Source: a virus
DNA: 64,000 nt
Virus record (IMG/VR): IMGVR_UViG_3300045284_000065
Location: 1-64,000 of that record
Reading direction: 5' to 3' (one strand)
Positions 7,181-16,616 of this stretch are shown here, in pieces. The notes beneath the pieces were generated by a model, which saw only the letters and a list, made by a program, of their open reading frames with translations, made no database searches and was not told the origin of the DNA. The position numbers and the translations under genes are program-made. How positions within the stretch are numbered: position 1 is the stretch's first letter; the number at the start of each line of letters is the position of its first letter.

Positions 7181-9250
7181 GTGACCACACAACCCGCACC
7201 CAAGAAGACGCGCAAGCGCCTTCCACCAACCACCGAGATGGGCCGTCAGCTGATGAAGATGGGCCGCGAGAAGATGGCCGAAGAGGCCGCTCGCACCGCT
7301 GAGAGGATGCTCAACGAGCGCACCCAGCGCGAGGAAGCAGAGCTTGCTCTCCACAACCGCAGCCGCAACGTGTCCACCGCCGCCGCCGTGTCGCGAGGAC
7401 TGCTCGGCAGCATCGTTGGCTCACTCGCATCGGAGGACATAACCCCGTACATCGATGTGCAGCCGGTCGAACTGTTCAGCAGCCTGGAAGCGTGGACCGA
7501 CTTCCATCAGATCCACATTCGCTACCACCAGGACCCTGATCCCCGGATCATGGCGGCGGTGCTGCGTGGCCTGATGTACCACGAAGGTGGTCACATTCGG
7601 TGGACGATCCCGTTCGCTGAACTGCGAGAGATGGCGGGCGTATCTGCTCAGGGGACGGGCGAAGAGATGCGCCGCCTGCAGCGGGCCTGGAACGCTCTAG
7701 AGGATCAGCGCATGGAGACGGCAGTCGTCAGCGACTCACCGAACAAGGCTGGGTTCTTCGTCCCGATGGTGATGATGGAACTGCTCAACACGGTCGACAA
7801 GGCGACGATGAACTACCCGCTGCTGGTGTGGCGTCGGTACCTGCCGAAGCACATTCGCGACGCCTGCCGCGCCGCCTTCGTGGCGTTCCAGGGTGGCGAC
7901 GAGCACCTGACCCTGCAGATCGAACAGTGCGTGGACGACTACGTGAAGGCGACCACGGCCTGGCAGATGTGGGCAGCCGTGTGCTGGTTCGCTGAACTGA
8001 CCAACCTGCTGCAGATGACCCTGCCCCAGGCAGCCGAGACTCACTCCAAGCAGAAGTCAACGCGCCAGGGCGCTGATGGCGAGACGCAGCAGAGTGGTCC
8101 CGCCCCGGCCGAGAAGATGGAGATTCCCATCGACCCGACCCAGGACGCCAGCCCAGCCGGTGGTGGCGACGAGGACGAGCAGCCCGCCGAAGAGGCCGGT
8201 GGCGAGGCCGGTGGCGAGCAGGAAGGCGAAGGCGAGAGCGCCGCAGCGGGCGGCGAGGGTGGCGAGGAAGGCGACGGCGAGGGTGGTGACGAGGGTGCTG
8301 GCGACAGCCCCGACAGCGACGCCACCAGCGGCGAGAGCACGCAGGGAGCAGAGGGCAGCGGTGCCGGTGCTCGCAGCGAGGATGAGGCCAACCATGACCC
8401 GCTCTCCCAGGAGATGCTGAACGAGGCGATGGCCCAGGCAGAGGATGACCGGTACAACAGCCGCTCGCTGGATGCCGACGTGGACGCCTTCAACGACGCC
8501 CTGGATCGCCGCGGCTCCAAGCTGGGTGCGTACACGCTGCACCCCGAAGAGGACGTGGATCGCCTCATCGCCGCCGACGCGCTGGCTGATGACCTGGTCG
8601 GCTCGTTCAACCAGGCGACGATGGATCGCATCCCCTCCTGGGTCGAAGGACAGCGCTCGGGCCGACTGAACGTGGGCCGGTACATGACCCGCCAGCCGGG
8701 TGACATGGAGTACTTCACGCAGTGGATGGACGACGACGTGCCCGGCTACAACCTGGCCGTGTCGGTCCTGCTCGACTACAGCGGTTCCATGAGCCGCAGC
8801 GCCCAGGACTTGGCCCAGGCGGGCTACGCCGTCAAGACGGCCTGCCAGCGCCTCGACATTCCCTGCACCGTGGTGCTGTGGGATGACGACGCCAAGGTGC
8901 TGTGGGATGGCGAGGAAGAGGCCGACATGCTGCCCCGCATCGTCTGCACCGGCAACACCGACCCGACCTGGGCGCTCGCTGACCTGGACAACCAGCGGTT
9001 CAACAAGGTGCGCCACCTGGTGCTCATCATGACCGATGGCGTGTGGTCGGGCTATGGCGACCGGACCCTCGCCCCGTACTGCATCGACGGGCGCATGATG
9101 ATGGGCATCGGCTACGCCCTGGACGACGAGAAGAAGGCGCAGGGCCGTACGGCCAAGCTGATCGGCTACGGCTGCCCGGACGCCTTCCCGATCACCAACC
9201 TGCAGGAACTGCCCTGGCTCCTGGAGGAGTACCTCATCCGCATGGCCTGA
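7181..9250 (+). CDS. CobT-like VWA protein with HEXXH domain and acidic linker
   Basis: YHEGGH, NALEDQRME, long G/E/D linker, MIDAS LLDYSGSM, IMTDG. Confidence 0.85.
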   Translation: MTTQPAPKKTRKRLPPTTEMGRQLMKMGREKMAEEAARTAERMLNERTQREEAELALHNRSRNVSTAAAVSRGLLGSIVGSLASEDITPYIDVQPVELFSSLEAWTDFHQIHIRYHQDPDPRIMAAVLRGLMYHEGGHIRWTIPFAELREMAGVSAQGTGEEMRRLQRAWNALEDQRMETAVVSDSPNKAGFFVPMVMMELLNTVDKATMNYPLLVWRRYLPKHIRDACRAAFVAFQGGDEHLTLQIEQCVDDYVKATTAWQMWAAVCWFAELTNLLQMTLPQAAETHSKQKSTRQGADGETQQSGPAPAEKMEIPIDPTQDASPAGGGDEDEQPAEEAGGEAGGEQEGEGESAAAGGEGGEEGDGEGGDEGAGDSPDSDATSGESTQGAEGSGAGARSEDEANHDPLSQEMLNEAMAQAEDDRYNSRSLDADVDAFNDALDRRGSKLGAYTLHPEEDVDRLIAADALADDLVGSFNQATMDRIPSWVEGQRSGRLNVGRYMTRQPGDMEYFTQWMDDDVPGYNLAVSVLLDYSGSMSRSAQDLAQAGYAVKTACQRLDIPCTVVLWDDDAKVLWDGEEEADMLPRIVCTGNTDPTWALADLDNQRFNKVRHLVLIMTDGVWSGYGDRTLAPYCIDGRMMMGIGYALDDEKKAQGRTAKLIGYGCPDAFPITNLQELPWLLEEYLIRMA

Positions 9251-9274
9251 GTGGCCCACTGGATATGGCGATAT

Positions 9275-9317
9275 GCCCCCCGACCTTCCCCCCGCGAGTG
9301 GAGAAGGTCGGGGGGCA
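9275..9317 (+). terminator. Strong hairpin after VWA gene
   Basis: GCCCCCCGACCTTC...GAAGGTCGGGGGGC 14-bp stem; no U-tract. Confidence 0.5.
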
Positions 9318-9338
9318 TCGTCGCGTACCGTGTGAGCC

Positions 9339-9617
9339 GTGAGCGAGGACCGGATGGAGCAGCACCGCCGCGTGCTGCTGTGGCTCGCAGAGCGTGCCTC
9401 TGACGAACCCCTTGTGCCGTGCGGCACATGCCGTCATGACATTGACGACCACCTGGGTGGCCTGAGCATGTGCATGTTCCCGGCCACCATTGGCGCACCG
9501 GCCCGCCTATGCCGGTGCGAGGTGTTCGATCTATCGACGGAGCAGGATGACGACGAGGATGATGACGAGCACCAGCAGCAGGAACCCGCCGCCGATGTAG
9601 ATCCCGTCAGCGAGTAG
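9339..9617 (+). CDS. Small Cys/His zinc-binding protein
   Basis: CGTCRH...H...C...CRC; 3' end overlaps an antisense ORF. Confidence 0.5.
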   Translation: MSEDRMEQHRRVLLWLAERASDEPLVPCGTCRHDIDDHLGGLSMCMFPATIGAPARLCRCEVFDLSTEQDDDEDDDEHQQQEPAADVDPVSE

Positions 9618-9629
9618 CGCGGCGAGCAT
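9531..9629 (-). CDS. 32-aa single-TM membrane peptide
   Basis: MLAALLADGIYIGGGFLLLVLVIILVVILLRR; TGATG coupling. Confidence 0.65.
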   Translation of the reverse strand: MLAALLADGIYIGGGFLLLVLVIILVVILLRR

Positions 9630-9835
9630 CAATCCCCCGTGGTGAGAGCGAGCCACCCCAGGGACACGCAGGCGAGGCCAGCGACCACCAGGAGCCAATG
9701 GAACTCCCAGGTGGTGCTCGCGCGTGCCACCACCAGGCGCACGCATTCGATCACGAACAGGATGAAGGCGACCAAGAACATGACCTCGCCGAAACTGTTG
9801 GCAGTCATGATTTCGGCCACTAGGGCTGTCTTCAC
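9629..9835 (-). CDS. Small 2-TM membrane protein
   Basis: AAGGAG RBS; two hydrophobic helices. Confidence 0.7.
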   Translation of the reverse strand: MKTALVAEIMTANSFGEVMFLVAFILFVIECVRLVVARASTTWEFHWLLVVAGLACVSLGWLALTTGD

Positions 9836-9853
9836 GGGATATCTCCTTATGGG

Positions 9854-10768
9854 TTACCGGCCGAAGCCGCGTCCACCCGCATAGGTGCGGACAGGACCAA
9901 GCCTCGACGCACTCGGGCCGATGGCCGGAGGCATTGCTCCAAGGCCAGCGGATGTCGCCGGTCCCGTGCGATTCACGGTGCCACCTCCACCCCATCCGCC
10001 AGTTGTTCCAACGCCTCGACTCAGGCCGAAGGTGCGCTGTGGCTGGGCCGAAAGACTCGACGTAGAGAATCCACCGACCGAACTGCCCGGTGCTGTTCCA
10101 AGGGCCGGAATGGCGGTGCTCGGTGCAGTGGGTGATCCCGATGCCGAGGGGAGCGAGGGCATCTGCAGAGTGGAGCGCGCGGCGCTGTTGGGGGCGAACC
10201 CACCGGTCGGCGCAGCAGGCGTAGCTGCCGCCGCGGCCCGAGGTGCCGGTCGGTAGATCGTCATGTCCTTGGTGTTGTAGAGGCCGGTGGTACCCCGAGG
10301 CACGGCGGCGTTCTCGGGCGTGTCGGTGATCGTCCGCTGCGTCGCCGCCTTGTACTTGGGAGGGACGTAGGCCTTGTTCTTGATGACCGACCCTGTTCCA
10401 AGGGAGGGCTTCAACGTCTCCTTCGCCAGTTCGTACTTGGTGGTGGCGATAGGGGGAGCGCTCGGGCCTCCACCACCTCCACCGCCGCCGCCACCGCCGC
10501 CGCCGCCGCCGCCTCCACCGGAGCCACCACCGCCGCCGCCACCCGAGGAGCCACCGCCACCACCGGAGCTACCCGCCTTGAAGGGCAGCCCCTTGACGAC
10601 GAGCGGGTTGGTGGCGTGCGCCCCACCAGTCCCCCACACACTGCCGACCGTGAGCGTTCCCGTGGAGGGACCACCGCCCTTGGCCTTGTAGTCAGCCTTC
10701 TTGCTGCTGCTGGCAGTCTTCACCTTCGACTTCGCATTGGCGATGTAGGACTTTCCCCAAGAGGACAT
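9854..10768 (-). CDS. Basic Gly/Ser/Thr/Pro-rich low-complexity protein with poly-Gly tract
   Basis: Poly-G run encoded at about 10468-10565; very few acidic residues. Confidence 0.7.
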   Translation of the reverse strand: MSSWGKSYIANAKSKVKTASSSKKADYKAKGGGPSTGTLTVGSVWGTGGAHATNPLVVKGLPFKAGSSGGGGGSSGGGGGGGSGGGGGGGGGGGGGGGGGGPSAPPIATTKYELAKETLKPSLGTGSVIKNKAYVPPKYKAATQRTITDTPENAAVPRGTTGLYNTKDMTIYRPAPRAAAAATPAAPTGGFAPNSAARSTLQMPSLPSASGSPTAPSTAIPALGTAPGSSVGGFSTSSLSAQPQRTFGLSRGVGTTGGWGGGGTVNRTGPATSAGLGAMPPAIGPSASRLGPVRTYAGGRGFGR

Positions 10769-10780
10769 TGTTCCAAGCTC

Positions 10781-11059
10781 CTATCGCTTCGGCTTACCGA
10801 TGGGCTGCCCGCCCTTGCGGTGCTGCAGGAAGTGCTGACTGTGCCGTGACGGTGGGGTCACCGGCTTGCCCGCCTCGCGCCATCGCGGTCGGGGATCAGT
10901 TCCAAGCGTGGGCATGCACACAGCTGGGTGCATGCCACCAGCAGTGACGTGAGCGCCCTTCTCACCTGGGTCGCAGATGCCGCCGCCGCGGACGACGTTG
11001 AGCGGCTGAACAGGACGCCGCTTGGGGTCGTTGCCCCGATCGGGAGGGGATCCCTTCAC
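10781..11059 (-). CDS. Basic hypothetical protein
   Basis: ORF track; fits gene order. Confidence 0.5.
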   Translation of the reverse strand: MKGSPPDRGNDPKRRPVQPLNVVRGGGICDPGEKGAHVTAGGMHPAVCMPTLGTDPRPRWREAGKPVTPPSRHSQHFLQHRKGGQPIGKPKR

Positions 11060-11175
11060 AGCGCGCAGATTATCACCCGATGTTGTTCCAAGCAGGTGTT
11101 GCTGGACGCAATGTGTTACTTGATGGCGGTATGCTTAAACCACCACCAGTCACCACAAACCAAGGACCAACCGCC

Positions 11176-11826
11176 GTGACCTACAACAAGTTCGAGGACC
11201 CAACCTGGCAGGCAGAGCAGACCGCTGACTACAACCGCCGCCAGCAAGAGATGTGGCACAAGATGTGGCACCCAGAAGGGAGCGCCGCACCCCAGCAGCG
11301 CTACGGCAACGGGGCTGGTCAGACGCCCTACTTCACCCCCGGTGGGTTCAAGGCTCTCCGGGCGGCGATCTGGACAGCGATCTTCGGGCCGATCATGCTC
11401 CGCATCGGGCGGAACTGGTACGAGCACACGGGCGACTGGCAGTACGCCCTCGCCAAGGCGACGATCCTGTCGGCCATGTGGAAGGTGTGGGGCACGGCCG
11501 TGGTGTGGTGGATGGCCGTGAACTATTGCCTCAACAACCCGGACACCAACGTCTTCACCTCCCTCCGCGACAGCAACGGGATGCCGGTGCCCAACAACCC
11601 GACCGTCGTCGGCTGGTGCGCCTTCCTGCAGCTGTTCGTGGTCACGCCCGCCCTGGCTGTCGCCTACTGCCAGCTGGTCGACAAGAGCATGTTCAAGCAC
11701 CGCATCGCCTACCGGATCATCAGCCCGGTCCACAAGATGCTGGGCCGGTGCCCCTGGGTGGTGCTCATCTCCTTGGTGCTGCTGCCGATCTTCTTCTACA
11801 TTCAGATGACCGTCGTCCAGGTGTAA
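11176..11826 (+). CDS. Multi-pass membrane protein
   Basis: AAGGA RBS plus GTG; 4 hydrophobic segments; TATGCT -10-like at 11130. Confidence 0.75.
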   Translation: MTYNKFEDPTWQAEQTADYNRRQQEMWHKMWHPEGSAAPQQRYGNGAGQTPYFTPGGFKALRAAIWTAIFGPIMLRIGRNWYEHTGDWQYALAKATILSAMWKVWGTAVVWWMAVNYCLNNPDTNVFTSLRDSNGMPVPNNPTVVGWCAFLQLFVVTPALAVAYCQLVDKSMFKHRIAYRIISPVHKMLGRCPWVVLISLVLLPIFFYIQMTVVQV

Positions 11827-11879
11827 GTCATCAGATACCCTGTGACGGGTAACACACCACCCGCCCACTGAGGAGTGTC

Positions 11880-12329
11880 ATGGCTGAGAAGCTCAAAGAG
11901 TTCGACTTCGCGTCGTCTAGCCCGCGTCGAACCGATGGGAGCTACACCTACCCCTGGGATGACTGGTTCGACGGGGACATCTGGAAGCTCGACCAAGGGG
12001 TCGACTTCCCCGGTCACCCGCTGATGATGGAGCGCATCATCCGCACGCGTGCGACCAACCGCGACGCCAAGGTCAAGCTGCGCCACCTCGACAGCGACGT
12101 GATCTGCAAGAAGTGCGGACAACCCGGGCCGGGGTCGCTGGTCATCCAGCGCTACGACATTGTCGGTCCCAGCGAGGCCAAGAAGGCTGCGACCAAGGCG
12201 AAGCGCGCGGCCACCCGTGAAGCCGCCGCACCCAAGGTCGAGACGGCCAACGGTGACGATGCACCGGTCAACGGCAAGCTCGTCCACGCTCGCCGCGTCA
12301 AGCCGAAGCGCGTCGTCGCCAAGGCCTGA
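11880..12329 (+). CDS. Hypothetical protein with YPWDDWFDG motif and Lys/Ala-rich tail (possible DNA binding)
   Basis: GAGGAG RBS; histone-like AKKAATKAKR tail. Confidence 0.75.
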   Translation: MAEKLKEFDFASSSPRRTDGSYTYPWDDWFDGDIWKLDQGVDFPGHPLMMERIIRTRATNRDAKVKLRHLDSDVICKKCGQPGPGSLVIQRYDIVGPSEAKKAATKAKRAATREAAAPKVETANGDDAPVNGKLVHARRVKPKRVVAKA

Positions 12330-12528
12330 GCCTCTCCGCCCCGGCGGACATCGCGTTAGTAACTCGCCGTGGGATATGGGGATATGCCCCGGCGAGGGTG
12401 CAGGCGCGCCATTCGTTATGGTTGGTCATACCAGAGTATGAGGGCGTAAGCCCTAGTAGATAGGGATAAAGGGAACGTATGTTCGTCCACCCCGCGTGGG
12501 GTGGGACCCGTCAATCGGGGTACTGAAC

Positions 12529-13902
12529 TCAGTCGTCGGTCAGCTGCTCGATGATGTCGTTGGAGTCGATCGGCTCCTCCAACAGCAGAGCGTTCTGGCC
12601 CACCTGGGTGCCGAACAGCCGGGAGAGCACGCCGTTGGCCGCACGGGTGTCGCCCTTGGACTCCAAGGTCATCTTGATCGTGTCGCGGGTGTCTTCGATG
12701 GCGCGCCAGCGCTCGACCATGCTGAACAGGCGATCCATCTCCTTGCCCAGGTCCGGGTTGGGTTCACCCTGGATCTCCTCGGCAAAGCGGCCCATCAGCA
12801 CGCGCTGGGTCTGGATCTCGGCCACAGCCCGGAGCACGTTGACCAGTTGCACCTTGGTCTTGATCTCGACGGGGATCTGGTAGCTGCAGGCGGCTCCCGG
12901 GAAGTGGCTGGGACAGGTCAGAGCGAGGGCGCAGGTGTTGCACTGGCGCAGGCTCTCGGGCTTCACGTCGATCGTGTTGACCGTGTCCTCGAACTCGTTG
13001 CCGTCAGCGTCGTGGCCCGTTACGCCATGCCTGGTCATCCCGATCACTGGCAACACCAGGTGCCGGGTTTGGTCTATGTCGTTGGCAACTCCGTCAGGAG
13101 CCGTGACCGGGATAGGTCGCACTGACTGAGCACGCCCATTGGTAACTATCTGGTCAGGAACGACCGCCAGGGAGCGTGGAGAGGTGGTCAGGTGCTGTTC
13201 CAAGGCCTGCCATGAGCGCACCGCCAGAGTGACCGTTTCGGTCGGGTCATCCACAGCGATCTTGCCCATGTCGACGCCCATCGCTTCGATGGCCTCGGCA
13301 TAGCGGGCACGCTTGTTGACCTTGTCCTCGGCGTTGAGCCGCACCAGCCGGTTGGCTGCCCACACCTGCGTCTCGCCGTACTTCTGGACAGCCCACCAGG
13401 CGCTCGATACGAGGGTATCGAACCGCTCGATGCCCTTAGAGCGCCCGGTGAGAGCAGCCAGCTGACCGAGCCGCTTGATGCTGGCCCGGGCCTGTCGCAC
13501 AGCTACGGGGTTGTCAACCACGGAGTCGGGCAGTGTCACGCCATCGTAGTTCTCGGTGTAGTCACGGAGCACGGTGGGATCGGTGGCGTCCCAGATCGGC
13601 AGGAAGAGTAAGTCACTGTTAGCGAGCCAGGTCTGTTCATACCACGATATGGGTCCGGTGACGATCTCTGGTTGCACTTCAGCGCCCTTGAGGACCTCCA
13701 GCGCGGGGCCGACCGGGACCTGGGGGCCATCGGCGTAGAGCACCCACTCCAGCCCGCCGAGCCGCTCGCGCGTGGCCCAGTGCTCCAGGTCGTGCGTGGC
13801 GCGGACCAGGTTGGAGACGCTGACAGCGACGCGCTGGACGCCGCACTGGCGCAGCACGTTGAGATGCGAGGCCACCTCGGCCCCGGCGAAGAACAGCTGC
13901 AT
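12529..13902 (-). CDS. Phage protein, possibly degenerate TGT-like barrel plus C-terminal Cys4 zinc site
   Basis: MQLFFAGAE start; FDTLVSSAW...KYG; CNTC...C...C; function tentative. Confidence 0.6.
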   Translation of the reverse strand: MQLFFAGAEVASHLNVLRQCGVQRVAVSVSNLVRATHDLEHWATRERLGGLEWVLYADGPQVPVGPALEVLKGAEVQPEIVTGPISWYEQTWLANSDLLFLPIWDATDPTVLRDYTENYDGVTLPDSVVDNPVAVRQARASIKRLGQLAALTGRSKGIERFDTLVSSAWWAVQKYGETQVWAANRLVRLNAEDKVNKRARYAEAIEAMGVDMGKIAVDDPTETVTLAVRSWQALEQHLTTSPRSLAVVPDQIVTNGRAQSVRPIPVTAPDGVANDIDQTRHLVLPVIGMTRHGVTGHDADGNEFEDTVNTIDVKPESLRQCNTCALALTCPSHFPGAACSYQIPVEIKTKVQLVNVLRAVAEIQTQRVLMGRFAEEIQGEPNPDLGKEMDRLFSMVERWRAIEDTRDTIKMTLESKGDTRAANGVLSRLFGTQVGQNALLLEEPIDSNDIIEQLTDD

Positions 13903-14951
13903 CAGTATTCGAGAGGCTCGTCACCGTGGACCGATGGCATATCGGTCCCGGACTTGGCCCACGCAGCGTTGTACTTGGCCTTCTGCGCCTCACCGCGGCC
14001 GGTGCCCTCCAAGCGCGAGTCGACCAGCGGGATCTTGTTCTTGGGGTCGACAGCGAAGGCCACGCGCTTGCCCGCCGCCGCGGCCCACCGCATGTGCTCC
14101 GAGTCGTCGGGCGCATCCTCGGTGAGGTCAAGCACTGGCGACTTGTTGCCGTAGTTGCTGGGTGAGTCCCGAGCCGTGGTGTCGATCACTGGTCCCCTTC
14201 CGAGTGCTGGCGAACCGGTTCCAAGGGCACCGCGTGGACGTTGGCCGGTGAGCACGCGCGACTGGCCGGGAGAGCGCTGTTGGCCCCCCCAGGGCAGCCC
14301 CAGTTGCCCTGTGCCGAGCGCACCAGCCGTGGGGGTAGCTTGACCGCCCCCGGACGGCAGACCCGATCCTGGCTTGACGTGGAGCCAGTGGTGCTGCATC
14401 GGCTGGCCCTGCTGACCGCCACCTGCAGCGCCAGGGCCACCGCCGCCCCCTGCAGGAGATGCTGGTGCCTGCCGTGGAGGGAGTCCTGGCGGCATCACTG
14501 GGGGCGGCAGTGGCGAACCTTGGGCTTGAGCGGGCAGGCCCGAACTGCCCTTGGGCTTGCTGCCGATGCCGCTGACGGCACCGAGCACCTTGCCGGTGAG
14601 GAAGCCGACGTTGTTGGGCTGGCGCGCTGCCTGGGCGTGGTCGATCTTGGTCCAGCTGGCCTGGCCCTCGGCGGCATCGCGCTGGGTGCCGGTCCAGTCA
14701 TTGGGCCGATCCTCCCACCACCCCTTCTTGGCCCCAGGGCGGAACCGATACTCGTTGGTATCAGGGTCCCGAGCACCCCATATCGGGATACTGCCCTCGA
14801 ACTTCTGGCGCTCCGCTTGTTCCTTGCGCGCTTCCTTGCGCCCCGCCTTGCGGTTGGCCTGGTCGATGGAACGGCGAGCGGCATGGCCCTGGGTCTTGGC
14901 GCGCTCGCGCGCCCGCTGGATGTTGTAGGCCTGCTGTGGAGTCTGCGCCAT
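13902..14951 (-). CDS. Low-complexity G/P/Q/R-rich protein
   Basis: TGATG coupling on both sides. Confidence 0.7.
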   Translation of the reverse strand: MAQTPQQAYNIQRARERAKTQGHAARRSIDQANRKAGRKEARKEQAERQKFEGSIPIWGARDPDTNEYRFRPGAKKGWWEDRPNDWTGTQRDAAEGQASWTKIDHAQAARQPNNVGFLTGKVLGAVSGIGSKPKGSSGLPAQAQGSPLPPPVMPPGLPPRQAPASPAGGGGGPGAAGGGQQGQPMQHHWLHVKPGSGLPSGGGQATPTAGALGTGQLGLPWGGQQRSPGQSRVLTGQRPRGALGTGSPALGRGPVIDTTARDSPSNYGNKSPVLDLTEDAPDDSEHMRWAAAAGKRVAFAVDPKNKIPLVDSRLEGTGRGEAQKAKYNAAWAKSGTDMPSVHGDEPLEY

Positions 14952-16156
14952 CAGACACCAGCCGTCTGGTTCTCATCGGCATTGCTGCCGTACGTCTCGT
15001 TGGTCCCGTCGTAGAAGCTGCTGCGCCGACCCCTGGTCGGGGTCATGCTCATTTGCGATGACACGTCTTCACTGCCCTCGCCGGTCACGCGCGCATGACC
15101 ACCTCCACCAAGGGGCGCACCGACGGCCCCGCCGTCGGCGGCCGAGTACTTGGCGTAACCGCCGTCACCACCGGCCATATCGGTATATGACGACTGGCGC
15201 TTGGTCGGCTTCATCGCCTTCTTCATCGCTGCCTTCGTCCCCGCCTTCTCGGCCATACCGGCGAGGTCGTAGCCGTGCTCCTTGGCCTTGCGAAGGCCGA
15301 AGCCCAGTGGATTGGTGACAGCCTCAGTGATGTCACGGCCCTCCTGGCCGAGCTTGCTGATCGACCCGGCAGTGCCTTCGATGCGCTCCTTCTGGCGGTT
15401 CAGCCACATCACGTCGGAGACGCCCTGGCCGATGCGGCTGCCCTCGATGATCGGGCGGGCATTGCCGACGCTGATCGACTGAGAGGCGATCTGGCCGAAC
15501 ACCCCGCCCCTCTCAGCCACGTTCGCTGCGAGAGCGTTGCGCCCGCGGTTGATGAGGCCGAACTCGTTGCCGGTCACCGCCTCGCGCGCCTTCGCCCCTA
15601 TCCCGTTGCCGCCCAGGAGCCTGTCGGCCCGCTGCATGAAGCCCTCGACCCGGCCAGCCGAACGGGCGGCACTGGCACCAGCCTCGGCAGCCTCGGCCGC
15701 ACCGATGCCGCCTTCGACGGCCCGAGCACCGCTGGCGACCTCTTCGATGCCACGGACAGCGCGAACAGCTTCCACGCCCTCTCGGCCCCAGTTGGCGACC
15801 CGAGCGGCCAGCATGCCGGAAGCACCACCGGCCGTGGCAGCGCTCAACCCGATCATGCCTGCGTTGATGATGAGGTTCTTCGGATCCAGCAGTTGGTCCT
15901 TGACCATGTACCGGCCAATCTCGAAGCCGGTGTCCCAAATCTGGCCGGGGTGCTCACCGACGTACTCAGCAGTATTGCCGACGCCTCGGGCGATGTCGTC
16001 GTAGTGATGAGGGTTGACGGCCCAGGCACCGACGCGGGCCGCATCGTCCAGGTGAGTGGCAACAGTCCCGATGCCTTGGGCAACACCGCCAACCCAGCCA
16101 CCAACGGTGTGACCGACTGCCTCTGCTGCACCACCAAAGAAGTCACCTAGGCCCAT
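14951..16156 (-). CDS. Gly/Ala-rich protein with hydrophobic stretch (possible internal virion or ejection protein)
   Basis: MGLGDFFGG start; AGMIGLSAATAGG segment. Confidence 0.7.
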   Translation of the reverse strand: MGLGDFFGGAAEAVGHTVGGWVGGVAQGIGTVATHLDDAARVGAWAVNPHHYDDIARGVGNTAEYVGEHPGQIWDTGFEIGRYMVKDQLLDPKNLIINAGMIGLSAATAGGASGMLAARVANWGREGVEAVRAVRGIEEVASGARAVEGGIGAAEAAEAGASAARSAGRVEGFMQRADRLLGGNGIGAKAREAVTGNEFGLINRGRNALAANVAERGGVFGQIASQSISVGNARPIIEGSRIGQGVSDVMWLNRQKERIEGTAGSISKLGQEGRDITEAVTNPLGFGLRKAKEHGYDLAGMAEKAGTKAAMKKAMKPTKRQSSYTDMAGGDGGYAKYSAADGGAVGAPLGGGGHARVTGEGSEDVSSQMSMTPTRGRRSSFYDGTNETYGSNADENQTAGV

Positions 16157-16157
16157 G

Positions 16158-16616
16158 TCAACCTCCTAGCGGCTGTGCATCAACTGTAGTCACGATGTCC
16201 TCCCAGCTCCGGGGAACTCCGACCTCGCGCCACCCGGGGGGCATATGGGGATATGAGATACACAACCCTGGTACGCCGAGCGCCACGGCCTCCTCGACGA
16301 GATCGGGCGACCGGTCGACGAAGGCGAACACCTCCCAGCCTTCAGCGAGCAGGCCGCGCAGCTGATCCAGCTTCCAGGCCTCCCAGGTGAACGCCGTGGT
16401 AGCGGGATATGAGATCACTGAAGACCACTGGAGGAAGTACTCCCTCTTCAGCCACCACTTGGCGACCTCCTCGTTGGCCCGAGTCAGCCCGATCGTGTTG
16501 TGCTGGGAGCGCAGGCCGTCATAGAGCGCCTTGGCCTGTTTGGTCGGTTGGGCCTGTCGGAGGTCATCACCATGAGACAGCACGCCCTCGATGGTGATGA
16601 GGACGATGCCGGTCAC
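16158..16616 (-). CDS. HAD-fold protein with degenerate motif I
   Basis: LITIEGVL (vs DxDGVL), GLTR, FVDRSP. Confidence 0.6.
   Translation of the reverse strand: MTGIVLITIEGVLSHGDDLRQAQPTKQAKALYDGLRSQHNTIGLTRANEEVAKWWLKREYFLQWSSVISYPATTAFTWEAWKLDQLRGLLAEGWEVFAFVDRSPDLVEEAVALGVPGLCISYPHMPPGWREVGVPRSWEDIVTTVDAQPLGG

Noticed and set aside
9838-9851. SATA motif being merely a by-product of the TAAGGAGATAT RBS (also 18812)
   Set aside because: Could explain these two copies, but not the other ~26, most of which are mid-gene
10468-10565. (CCG/CCA)n microsatellite or poly-Pro ORF on plus strand
   Set aside because: Explained by the poly-Gly tract of the minus-strand protein using mixed codons
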